A stretch of DNA of 32,000 nucleotides from Nanoarchaeum equitans Kin4-M (GTDB lineage: Archaea; Nanobdellota; Nanobdellia; Nanobdellales; Nanoarchaeaceae): assembly GCA_000008085.1 (NCBI GenBank), contig AE017199.1, positions 450,001 to 482,000 of the forward strand. The letters run 5' to 3'. Position 1 is the first letter of the stretch; each line of letters starts with the position of its first letter. The position numbers and the translations under genes are program-made. The notes under the pieces were generated by a model that had not been told where the DNA came from, made no database searches, and saw only the letters and a program-made list of their open reading frames with translations. Of this stretch, positions 8,738 to 17,119 are shown piece by piece.

Positions 8738-9388
8738 ATGGAAGACCCCCTAATAAAAATATTAAAGCAATTTTCTATAGAAGATGCAAAATATGTTGAA
8801 TACAATTTGGATAGACAATTCCTAGCTTTGAAGGAAAACCCAAAACCTGTTGGTTTAGTCATAGCTAATGCTTTAATATCTTACCAATTAACTATGCCAG
8901 GCGAGAGATATTGGGAGCTATTCGCGAAAAAAGTTAATAGCTTTAACGATTTATATGATTTCGTCAAAAAATATAATCCTAGATTTTTATCGAATAAACT
9001 AAAAAGGTTAGAAAGGTTTAAGCCTTACATAGATATAATAGAACAAAATCGAGAGCACTATTATGAAAATATGGTTGCTCTGAATAAATTTTTGGCCAAA
9101 ATAATGAACCAAAATATTTACGATAAAACTATTGTTTTTTCTATAAAGATGTTTGCATATGCTATGAGAGCTTTGGGCTATAAATTTAAGCCTTTCCCAT
9201 TTGAAATAGCTATTCCTTTAGACTATAGGCTAAAAAAGATAAATCCCGATCTAAATTATTGGTTTTATGTGAGCAAACAAACCAACATACCACCATTACA
9301 TATAGATAGTTTGATATGGCCCATATTTAGAATAAAAAATTTGCCTAAAAAGTTTGCCCTATTGAAGGAATATCTATCGAACCTTTAA
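8738..9388 (+). CDS. Archaeal 8-oxoguanine DNA glycosylase/lyase (AGOG family)
   Basis: GERYWELFAKK, DKTIVFSIKMFAYAMRALG, PFPFEIAIPLDYR and IPPLHIDSLIWPI match AGOG family features. Confidence 0.82.
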   Translation: MEDPLIKILKQFSIEDAKYVEYNLDRQFLALKENPKPVGLVIANALISYQLTMPGERYWELFAKKVNSFNDLYDFVKKYNPRFLSNKLKRLERFKPYIDIIEQNREHYYENMVALNKFLAKIMNQNIYDKTIVFSIKMFAYAMRALGYKFKPFPFEIAIPLDYRLKKINPDLNYWFYVSKQTNIPPLHIDSLIWPIFRIKNLPKKFALLKEYLSNL

Positions 9389-9409
9389 ATTTGTTAACCA
9401 AATTAATCG

Positions 9410-9661
9410 ATGGCTGAAAAAGAAGTTTTGTTACAACAAATTTTGATGCAAAAACAAGTATTAGAAGCGCAATTGGAAGAAATTAACAATGCTATAAAAG
9501 AGATAGAAGAATCTAACGGGAAAGTATATAAAATACTAGGTACATACTTTTTAGAGATACCAAAGGAGAAAGCATTAGAAGAATTAAATGAAAAGAAAAA
9601 ACTATTAGAAATCAGATTGGATGCATTGAAAAAACAAGAGGAAAAGCTAAAGGGAGAATAA
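9410..9661 (+). CDS. pfdB: Prefoldin beta subunit
   Basis: Two coiled-coil arms around GKVYKILGTYFLEIPKEKALEEL. Confidence 0.85.
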   Translation: MAEKEVLLQQILMQKQVLEAQLEEINNAIKEIEESNGKVYKILGTYFLEIPKEKALEELNEKKKLLEIRLDALKKQEEKLKGE

Positions 9662-9720
9662 ATTCTTTCATTACCTCTTAGTGGTAGAAAAAAAATTAAA
9701 TCGCAAGAGGACACATCTCT

Positions 9721-10506
9721 ATGCAAGACATAAAAGCTTTTAGGGATGATTTTTTATTAATTCCTTTAATAAGAGGGGTTTTTCGGGATCCCACAAAATG
9801 GAGGATTGTTATAAAAAATGACACTCCCAAATGTTTTAAAGGTATCCCTGTTTGTACTAACATTCCATCGTATGTAAAGAGAAGAGCACTTACTGATATA
9901 GATATTTTATTTTATATTAATGACATAGCATTTGAAAAGAAAAACCTTCTGCAAGGATATAAAAAAATAGTGTATGAAGAGGCCGATGTTAACACAAAAG
10001 AGTCCCAATTAAATGAACTAATAAATACTGCTGCAATAACAATAATGAAGCAACTATTTACTCAAGCTCTCACAACAATATATGGCAAACTATATCCTAA
10101 AAAACTATATATCGATGTTTTGGGAGGAAAACCCAAAAACGAAGTTTATTGGGGGGTTATTATACCACCAAATTATCTGCTCATATCGGCAAGGTTTGCT
10201 CGAAGTAAAATATGGCTTAGCGGGTTAAGCTATAGTTTGCCTTTTAATGCGAGTTCTATTATTAATGCATTTTTAGAATTTAGTAGGACACGTAAACTGG
10301 GAGCAAGCTTTTATAATACTTATCCCACTTATACAAAACATATTGAAATATTAAACATACCCCCAAACGAGGAAAGCATAAAAAATTTAGCAATATCTTT
10401 AACATATGCAGAACATTCTGGATGGGATATTGATACATATTGGGAAGTATTTAATTATTTAAGAGAGTCTTTGGAAGATTTTCTTAGATATGGAGTGGAA
10501 AACTAA
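9721..10506 (+). CDS. Hypothetical protein (261 aa)
   Basis: Long ORF with upstream AAATTAAAT TATA-like sequence; no recognised domain. Confidence 0.7.
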   Translation: MQDIKAFRDDFLLIPLIRGVFRDPTKWRIVIKNDTPKCFKGIPVCTNIPSYVKRRALTDIDILFYINDIAFEKKNLLQGYKKIVYEEADVNTKESQLNELINTAAITIMKQLFTQALTTIYGKLYPKKLYIDVLGGKPKNEVYWGVIIPPNYLLISARFARSKIWLSGLSYSLPFNASSIINAFLEFSRTRKLGASFYNTYPTYTKHIEILNIPPNEESIKNLAISLTYAEHSGWDIDTYWEVFNYLRESLEDFLRYGVEN

Positions 10507-11129
10507 AATAAATCCTGTAATTCAATTAACTCTATACCTGTTGTTTTTGAGCCAACGACTATTCCTTTGTCATTTAACAAAGCTGCAGCCCCAACAAATT
10601 TGTCCCCCATATTTAATGTTACAGGTTTAGCATCTTCTATATCTATATAAATGTCTGGATTGTGCAATAGCATTTTGCTATTCCCTATTAGAGAACTGCC
10701 AACTTCTATGTCAGTATCAATTAAATACAAATCCGCATTTAGCTTTTTAGCTAAAAGCTTTGCTTCTTTTTTAGTATCCTCCGCGGCAAAAAGCAAATTC
10801 TTTTTGGGCCAATAATAATAATTATTGCCTAATGCATTATTAACAACATCTACTACTTCTACTCTAAATAGTTCTTCCAATTTTTTTAATTCCTCTTCAT
10901 AAATAGAAGAAGGCACAATAATTAAGTCTTTTTTTCCTATAATGAAACTACCAACCGTTGGAGTTCCAGCTATTGTAGTTTTCACTATTCCTTCTAATCC
11001 TAATGTATCTTTTATTATTTTTTCCTCTTCTTTCGATATTACTTCTGATAATACCGCTATATCGTTAGCTATATATCCAAATAACCCTATAGAGTCGCTC
11101 CCATATATTTTAATTTTATTCACTCGCAA
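10503..11129 (-). CDS. eif6: Translation initiation factor 6 (aIF6)
   Basis: Pentein-like repeats: IAVLSEVISKEEEKIIKDTLGLEGIVKTTIAGTPTVGSFI; VGAAALLNDKGIVVGSKTTGIEL. TTG start. Confidence 0.92.
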   Translation of the reverse strand: MRVNKIKIYGSDSIGLFGYIANDIAVLSEVISKEEEKIIKDTLGLEGIVKTTIAGTPTVGSFIIGKKDLIIVPSSIYEEELKKLEELFRVEVVDVVNNALGNNYYYWPKKNLLFAAEDTKKEAKLLAKKLNADLYLIDTDIEVGSSLIGNSKMLLHNPDIYIDIEDAKPVTLNMGDKFVGAAALLNDKGIVVGSKTTGIELIELQDLF

Positions 11130-11152
11130 GGTTCGAATATAGTATTGCGATA

Positions 11153-11160
11153 TTTATAAA
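11153..11160. promoter_or_regulatory. Palindromic TATA box TTTATAAA between eif6 and the HIT gene
   Basis: Centre is about 24.5 bp from ATG 11181 and about 27.5 bp from the eif6 TTG at 11129. Confidence 0.5.
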
Positions 11161-11180
11161 GGTTATGCATTATTCTTAGT

Positions 11181-11570
11181 ATGTGCATCTTCTGTAAAAT
11201 AATAAACAAAGAGATACCCGCATATATAGTATATGAGGACGATTTCGTTATAGCAATATTAGATATATATCCAATGGCTAAGGGTCATACCTTAGTTATT
11301 CCGAAAAAACATGTAACTAGGCTAAAAGAGCTAAGCGAAGAAGAAGCTAAAAAGCTATTTGCTGGTCTAAAAAAAGTTATAGAAAAAATAGAGAAAATCT
11401 CTCCTGATTATAATATAATAATAAACCAAGGTCCAAAGGCGGGCCAAGAAATAGACCATTTGCATATACATATAATACCGAGAACAGGAGAAGAAAAAAT
11501 ATTTTATAACATTAGGCATAAGCTTACAGAGGAAGAGGCAAAAGAGGTTTTAGAAAAACTAAATGGTTAG
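11181..11570 (+). CDS. HIT family nucleotide hydrolase/transferase
   Basis: CIFCKIINKEIPAYIVYEDD... and the histidine triad HLHIHIIPR. Confidence 0.95.
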   Translation: MCIFCKIINKEIPAYIVYEDDFVIAILDIYPMAKGHTLVIPKKHVTRLKELSEEEAKKLFAGLKKVIEKIEKISPDYNIIINQGPKAGQEIDHLHIHIIPRTGEEKIFYNIRHKLTEEEAKEVLEKLNG

Positions 11571-11751
11571 AGTAATAGTAGAAGGGAGGGGCGAATATAA
11601 TATAGAAGCGAAAACTGTAAAAGAAGTGTTAGAAAAACTTAATTTGAAGCCTAGCGAAGTAGTAGTTCACGATGGAGAGAACATTTTATTGGAAGAGGAA
11701 GAGATTAAAAGCGATACTATATATATAACTTTGGTCGCTTCCGGAGGCTAA
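11563..11751 (+). CDS. ThiS/MoaD/SAMP-like ubiquitin-fold sulfur carrier ending in Gly-Gly
   Basis: 62 aa beta-grasp-like sequence with a terminal diglycine (ITLVASGG). Confidence 0.85.
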   Translation: MVRVIVEGRGEYNIEAKTVKEVLEKLNLKPSEVVVHDGENILLEEEEIKSDTIYITLVASGG

Positions 11752-11861
11752 GGCAAAGTTTTTATTACTATAGAGGAAAAGTCATTATAAAAGCTTACCA
11801 AAATCATTATAAAAGCTGCTAAACCAATTAAAATTAAAACCAATTTAACTATTTCCTCCAC
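11748..11861 (-). CDS. Possible small single-TM protein (37 aa, GTG start), absent from the supplied ORF track
   Basis: Manual translation VEEIVKLVLILIGLAAFIMILVSFYNDFSSIVIKTLP*. It fills the only sizeable gap between a convergent pair and overlaps psmA by 17 nt. Confidence 0.4.
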   Translation of the reverse strand: MEEIVKLVLILIGLAAFIMILVSFYNDFSSIVIKTLP

Positions 11862-12597
11862 TTTTTATTTTTTCCAATATTTTTTCTATCTCATTTACAT
11901 CAACATATTTTGCTTTTTTGGTTTTTTCATCAACATAAGCGATGTCCAACTTTTCAGCAGTTAATTCATTATTATTCTCTTTGTAGAAATTATACAATGC
12001 CTTTAATCCTAGTTCTATCGCTTTTTTAAGGGAGAGGTTTTCGTTATATTCTTTTCCTAAATAATCCAAAACCTTCTGTTCTCCTTCCCCTATAACAGCT
12101 AATTTGTATTCCCAAAACATTCCTCCAGGTTCAGTAACAAATATGTGTTTGCCTGTATCATCTATGCCTGCAAAAATTATAGAGACCCCAAATGGCCTTA
12201 CTCCTCCAATTTGGGTATATTCCTGTTTTATATCGGCTATCTCTTTTACTAACCCTCTAATATCGATGGGGTGGCCATAAAAATATTTGTAAGTTTGTGC
12301 TATAACTCTTGCTCTCTCTATTAAAACTCTACCATCTCCAATTATACCAGCAGGAGCAGCGATTACATGGTCGTCAACTATGTATACCTTTTCTATGGAT
12401 GAAGGTATTACGAATTTCTCAACAATTTTCTTATCTCCAATAACGAGGACACCTGTTTTATAAAGCATACCAATAGCGGTAGGGGATTGTTTTACTGTTG
12501 TTCTCGCATATTCTACTTGTAACAACCTCCCATCGGGGCTAAATAGAGTGCTAGCTCTATCATAGCCCATTACTTGTGGTAATTGCATAAAATCCAT
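11845..12597 (-). CDS. psmA: Proteasome alpha subunit
   Basis: GYDRASTLFSPDGRLLQVEYARTTVKQSPTAIG is the alpha-type signature. Confidence 0.97.
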   Translation of the reverse strand: MDFMQLPQVMGYDRASTLFSPDGRLLQVEYARTTVKQSPTAIGMLYKTGVLVIGDKKIVEKFVIPSSIEKVYIVDDHVIAAPAGIIGDGRVLIERARVIAQTYKYFYGHPIDIRGLVKEIADIKQEYTQIGGVRPFGVSIIFAGIDDTGKHIFVTEPGGMFWEYKLAVIGEGEQKVLDYLGKEYNENLSLKKAIELGLKALYNFYKENNNELTAEKLDIAYVDEKTKKAKYVDVNEIEKILEKIKSGGNS

Positions 12598-12617
12598 CTA
12601 TAATGCTATTAACCATT

Positions 12618-12625
12618 TTTATAAA
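12618..12625. promoter_or_regulatory. Palindromic TATA box TTTATAAA between psmA and the Ncs6-like gene
   Basis: Centre is about 24.5 bp from the psmA ATG (12597) and 23.5 bp from the in-frame GTG at 12645. Confidence 0.65.
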
Positions 12626-12644
12626 CTTTTATATACTTGCAAAA

Positions 12645-13577
12645 GTGAAATGCTCCTATTGTGACAAACCCGCTATATATTACGATGGAAAAAAATATTA
12701 TTGTAAAGAGCATTTTTTAGAATATTTTAAAAACTTGGCATTCAAAGCGATTAAAGAGTTTAACATGTTTTCGCCTGGCGATAGGGTTGCAGTTGCTGTT
12801 AGCGGGGGGAAAGATTCTGTAAGTTTATTACATTTTTTAACTAAACATAAAGATGAATTGGAATTAAAAGAAGTTGTTGGTTTAGCTATAGATGAAGGAA
12901 TTAAAGGGTATAGAGATGTAACTTTAAATTATTTGAAAGATTTCGCTAAAAAGCACAATCTTAAAATTAAAATTATTTCCTTCAAAGAAGAGATAGGATT
13001 AACTTTAGATGAAATGTTCGAATTAACTAAAAAATATAATTTGGGTTATTGGCCCTGCACTTATTGTGGGGTATTTAGGAGATGGTTGCTAAATAAATAT
13101 GCTATAGAACATTTCGATGTTTTAGCCACAGGTCATAATTTAAATGATGAAGCACAAACAGTTATATTAAATTTGGCAGAGCATAATATAAAGGATTTAG
13201 CAAAAGGCGGACCTGTTACTGGTATAAAGAGACATAATAAATTCATAAAAAGGGTAAAGCCTTTCTATTACATTACAGAAAAAGAAACAACAATCTATTC
13301 TATTGTTAACAAACTAAATGTACCTTATATAGAATGCCCCTATGCTAGGGGCGCTTTTAGAATTTATGTGCGAGATTTGTTGTATAAAATGGAACATGTT
13401 AGGGAATTACACGAAAACATAATAAAGAAATACCTCTCTTTTAGAGATAAGTTGCAAAAAAGGTATAATTTCGAATTGAAAACATGCAAAATATGTGGTT
13501 TTCCTACTACTAGAGAGATATGCCAAGCATGCCAATTAAGATTAACCTTTCAAAAATTGAAAGAAAAAAACCTTTAG
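12645..13577 (+). CDS. tRNA 2-thiolation protein of the Ncs6/TtuA family
   Basis: N-terminal zinc motif CSYCDKPAIYYDGKKYYCKEHF, PP-loop SGGKDS, CTYCGVFRRWLLN, GHNLNDEAQ and C-terminal CKICG...CQAC. The supplied ORF begins at 12603, but the GTG at 12645 fits the promoter and domain start. Confidence 0.88.
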   Translation: MKCSYCDKPAIYYDGKKYYCKEHFLEYFKNLAFKAIKEFNMFSPGDRVAVAVSGGKDSVSLLHFLTKHKDELELKEVVGLAIDEGIKGYRDVTLNYLKDFAKKHNLKIKIISFKEEIGLTLDEMFELTKKYNLGYWPCTYCGVFRRWLLNKYAIEHFDVLATGHNLNDEAQTVILNLAEHNIKDLAKGGPVTGIKRHNKFIKRVKPFYYITEKETTIYSIVNKLNVPYIECPYARGAFRIYVRDLLYKMEHVRELHENIIKKYLSFRDKLQKRYNFELKTCKICGFPTTREICQACQLRLTFQKLKEKNL

Positions 13578-14642
13578 TTTATTGTGGTAAATTTCCCTCT
13601 CATGTTTTAGAGTAAAGTTATATTTTTCAGCATACTTTAATACCCATTCTTTATGGGGGGATAACAAAGCTAAAACTCCATTGTCTTTTAATATATACTC
13701 TGCTTGGTAAAACAAATATTCATGAACCTTCTCGCTTTCTTCTCTGTCTGCAGCTTTTATACCATAGGGAGGATTAGTAATTATATAATCTATGGCCTTT
13801 TCTCCCAATTTAAAATCTACATCTTCCAAATTTATTTTAGATACTTTAACTATATCTTTTACCCTTGCATGTATGCAATTTAGCTCTGCTCCTCTCATAT
13901 GTTTTACGAATTTATCAAAACACAATATTTTGGCTTTCCTATCCCATTTTATTGATTGTTCTATTTCATCAATTATATCGGGATTTAATTGATAGGCAAA
14001 AGTTTTATCGTATTGTCTATATAATGGAGGGATTTCCCTTAAATATAAAGCTGCCTCTATTGGAATTGTGCCAGACCCACACAATGGGTCTAACAAAGAT
14101 TGGCCATTCCATTTGGTTAATCTAATTAAAGAATTAGCAATAGTTGGAGCTAAACCTGCGGGATGGTAATATACTCTATAATACCTCTTATCTAAAGGTT
14201 GTTCCCCAATTAAATCATATCCAAAAATAGCGATATCTTTTAATATGTAACCTCTAAATATTACATCTGGGTTGGTTAGATCTACTTTATTATTGGTTTT
14301 TCTTCTAATAACATCGCCCAACCTATTATATAAATCCATTATATCTATGTCTATATCATATTTGTGCGCCCTAACAGCAAATTTTTTATTTATTATTTCG
14401 CTATAATCTATTTGGTTCGCTTCTCTTATAATGCTATCTATGTTTGGTTCACTAAAAAATTTTACCCACAATACTCTTTTAGATGTTTGAGTTTTTAGAG
14501 CTATTTTAACTATAGAATCCAAGTCCTTTACCTTGAATATATTAATAAAATCGTATTGTTTATCAAATTTTGCGCCTAGACTCTCTATTTCTTCTCTATT
14601 TATATCTTCTAAACCTTTATTAGCTATAGTAGCAATGTACAT
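13542..14642 (-). CDS. THUMP-domain tRNA (guanine-N2) methyltransferase, Trm14/TrmN-like
   Basis: THUMP-like N-terminus; YHPAGLAPTIANSLIRLTKWNGQSLLDPLCGSGTIPIEAA and IITNPPYGIK (NPPY) methyltransferase motifs. Confidence 0.88.
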   Translation of the reverse strand: MYIATIANKGLEDINREEIESLGAKFDKQYDFINIFKVKDLDSIVKIALKTQTSKRVLWVKFFSEPNIDSIIREANQIDYSEIINKKFAVRAHKYDIDIDIMDLYNRLGDVIRRKTNNKVDLTNPDVIFRGYILKDIAIFGYDLIGEQPLDKRYYRVYYHPAGLAPTIANSLIRLTKWNGQSLLDPLCGSGTIPIEAALYLREIPPLYRQYDKTFAYQLNPDIIDEIEQSIKWDRKAKILCFDKFVKHMRGAELNCIHARVKDIVKVSKINLEDVDFKLGEKAIDYIITNPPYGIKAADREESEKVHEYLFYQAEYILKDNGVLALLSPHKEWVLKYAEKYNFTLKHEREIYHNKLKVFFFQFLKG

Positions 14643-14676
14643 AAAGGGAATTAAATTGCCATTTTAATAATAACAA

Positions 14677-15735
14677 ATGCAACAGAATTTTGTTATTTAC
14701 ACTAGGGCTAAAAAAGATGCTAAAGCTTTGTCGCATTTAAATTTACCTTTTGAAATAAAAACTTTACAAGGCATAAGGGGAGAAGAGTTAATAGAAACCA
14801 TAAAAAATATGGATGGTTTATATTATAAATTGTTTTTATTGGGCAAGAGAGATCCCGATGTAGAAGTTGATAGCTATTTAACTGTTATACATAAAGTTCC
14901 AAAGGCAAATGTAAGAAATGTTAAACTACCTCTATTAAAAAAAGAGCTAAAAACTGCTTTATATAAATTCATTACCAAGCCCTTTAATATAGAATGTGAA
15001 TGCGATGTTGGTTTATGGGATAAAGGCATAATACTTTTCAAAAAATACGAAGATTTGTATTATTCTAATGGAAAACTAGTTAAAAAAATAGATAGAATTA
15101 AAGGGGAAATAATAGAATATGGCGAAGCCGATGGAGAAAAACCCTATATAGATATAAAAGAAAAAGTTAATGAAGCTATCGAATTTATTAAGCAATTTAA
15201 AGATTATGAAATTGTTATACCCTTTTCTGGAGGAAAAGATTCAACAACAGTCGCAATATTAGCTAAAAAAGCTAAAGTAGATTTTGATTTGGTTTTTGTC
15301 GATACGGGATTAGAGTTTAAGCAAACTTTAGAGTATATCGATTATATATCGAAAAAAATTAAGCCTATAAATATAGTTTATGCAGGCATAGACAAAAAAT
15401 ACAAAATGTTCGGTTTTGATTATCTAAAGAGAAGACTATGTACTAAAGATAAAATAACCACTTTATATAATTATGTAAGGAATAATTACGAAAACCCTGT
15501 TCTATTGGTTGGGGATAGACTAATAGAAAGCGAAGCTAGATTGTTTAGACCTAGAATATTTAAAGATGAATTTTTGGTTGCACAACCAATTAAGTTTTTT
15601 TCTTATGCTGACGAACAAATATTGTTAGAAAAGGAAAACATAAAGCTTAACCCATTGTACGAAAAAGGCTTTTATAGAGTTGGTTGTAATGTATGTCCCT
15701 TTTTAGACAATTACGAAAAATCAATACCTCTCTAA
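14677..15735 (+). CDS. PAPS reductase-family adenine nucleotide alpha-hydrolase with an N-terminal extension
   Basis: IVIPFSGGKDSTTVAILAKKAKVDFDLVFVDTGLEF, CTKDKITTLYNYV and GCNVCPF. Confidence 0.85.
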   Translation: MQQNFVIYTRAKKDAKALSHLNLPFEIKTLQGIRGEELIETIKNMDGLYYKLFLLGKRDPDVEVDSYLTVIHKVPKANVRNVKLPLLKKELKTALYKFITKPFNIECECDVGLWDKGIILFKKYEDLYYSNGKLVKKIDRIKGEIIEYGEADGEKPYIDIKEKVNEAIEFIKQFKDYEIVIPFSGGKDSTTVAILAKKAKVDFDLVFVDTGLEFKQTLEYIDYISKKIKPINIVYAGIDKKYKMFGFDYLKRRLCTKDKITTLYNYVRNNYENPVLLVGDRLIESEARLFRPRIFKDEFLVAQPIKFFSYADEQILLEKENIKLNPLYEKGFYRVGCNVCPFLDNYEKSIPL

Positions 15736-16401
15736 TTCCTTTATTTCTGCATTTCCCTCAGTTAGTTTCTCTATTTTTTCTATAAATTCTTGGTATATCC
15801 CTGCAGGCAAACTTAATATTGCATAATAATTGTCAGAAAATTCTTCTTTTTGGGGTCTAAACGATTTAATATAGGAATAAGCTTTGTAGATATATTCGTT
15901 TGGTATTTTTATGACAATTCTAATTTTTTCTCCTTTCAATGGTATAATCTTTTTTAACTCTTTTACTATGCTTTCCAATTGCGCTTCTGCGGGCTTTGTT
16001 ATATCTATGTTTATTTTAGCTTTTTCCATAGCTAGTTCTATTCTTTGATATGTGTATGGCAAACCTGTTCTAGGATCTATATAGTTTTTCCTAATTAATT
16101 CTATTATTTTTCTTTTTAACTCTTCTTTTATTTTTCTTTTGTACTCAGTAGGGATTTGCAATTGGCCTTTCTTTATTATTTGTTCTGCAATTACATAAAC
16201 ATCTGTTGTTTTGAATACTTTTTTTAATACTTCTTCGCTTTGCCTTTCCCCAGTTTTAACATTCCTAAATATTTCTGGCACTAACAATAGTTTTTCCTTA
16301 TCGTATGGTTTGCCCTCTTTCAATTTTATTGCTTCCTCAAAATCAACATATACTTCAAAAGTTTCTTTCCCTATTTTTAGTCTAGCTATTACTTCCTTCA
16401 T
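15721..16401 (-). CDS. Ribosome maturation protein SDO1/SBDS homolog
   Basis: VPEIFRNVKTGERQSEEVLKKVFKTTDVYVIAEQIIKKGQLQIPTEYK, and IIELIRKNYIDPRTGLPYTYQRIELAMEKA. Confidence 0.93.
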   Translation of the reverse strand: MKEVIARLKIGKETFEVYVDFEEAIKLKEGKPYDKEKLLLVPEIFRNVKTGERQSEEVLKKVFKTTDVYVIAEQIIKKGQLQIPTEYKRKIKEELKRKIIELIRKNYIDPRTGLPYTYQRIELAMEKAKINIDITKPAEAQLESIVKELKKIIPLKGEKIRIVIKIPNEYIYKAYSYIKSFRPQKEEFSDNYYAILSLPAGIYQEFIEKIEKLTEGNAEIKELERY

Positions 16402-17119
16402 ATATTTGTTTTTGCAATTGTTTTAAATTATTTTTTAGGCTCTCTATGCATGGTTCTTTAACTAATGGGTTACCTTGCCCTTTACATTTCTCATAAGTCT
16501 TTTCATCTAACAATGGAATAATTTTTATATTTAACTCTTTAGATGCGTCCATTACGGCTTTGTATGTTAGGCTATCCGGTTTCATATATACAGTATAGTA
16601 ATTGTATTGGTGCCTTCTTAGGAATTCTTTAACCCTTTTATAGGTAACCCAATAATATAGTTTTTTTATGTCTTCGGTTTCTTCCCATTCAGGCCAATCA
16701 TAACTATTAAAGGGCCAATAAGTATGGAATTCCCATGGTATTATGCCGGGATTAGAAACTATAACTCTATGAATTCTATTAAATATTTGAAATCCCGAAA
16801 TAGCTCTTTGTATTGTTCTATGAGTTTTAGATTTATAATACGGCTTTTTTGCTGCACAGGGCAAAAACATTAATATGTCTTTTTCTTTAGGCCTTTCATA
16901 TATTCTTATAATATAATCGAACCATGCTTCGTAAACTTCGTTAACCAAATTCTCTACTTTGGCCCCTTTAATTTTATTGCTATAATACTTTTTTATTTGT
17001 TCATTGAATTTAGGTATAAATTTTAGATTTTCATAATCTATTTCTATTTTTGGATTGTCTTTATATTTGCTTACTATAGCTTCAAACTCTTCTTTCGATA
17101 ATGGTTTCCAACAACTCAT
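16382..17119 (-). CDS. ArcS-like catalytic-region protein (DUF5591-type, archaeosine synthase core motif)
   Basis: PCAAKKPYYKSKTH exactly fits the ArcS signature PC-X3-KPY-X2-S-X2-H. Stand-alone 245 aa protein. Confidence 0.75.
   Translation of the reverse strand: MSCWKPLSKEEFEAIVSKYKDNPKIEIDYENLKFIPKFNEQIKKYYSNKIKGAKVENLVNEVYEAWFDYIIRIYERPKEKDILMFLPCAAKKPYYKSKTHRTIQRAISGFQIFNRIHRVIVSNPGIIPWEFHTYWPFNSYDWPEWEETEDIKKLYYWVTYKRVKEFLRRHQYNYYTVYMKPDSLTYKAVMDASKELNIKIIPLLDEKTYEKCKGQGNPLVKEPCIESLKNNLKQLQKQIYEGSNS

Noticed and set aside
11131-11142. GGTTCGAATA near the eif6 start as a possible tRNA 3' half
   Set aside because: There is no complementary T stem or acceptor around it, and the flanks are AT-rich promoter DNA.
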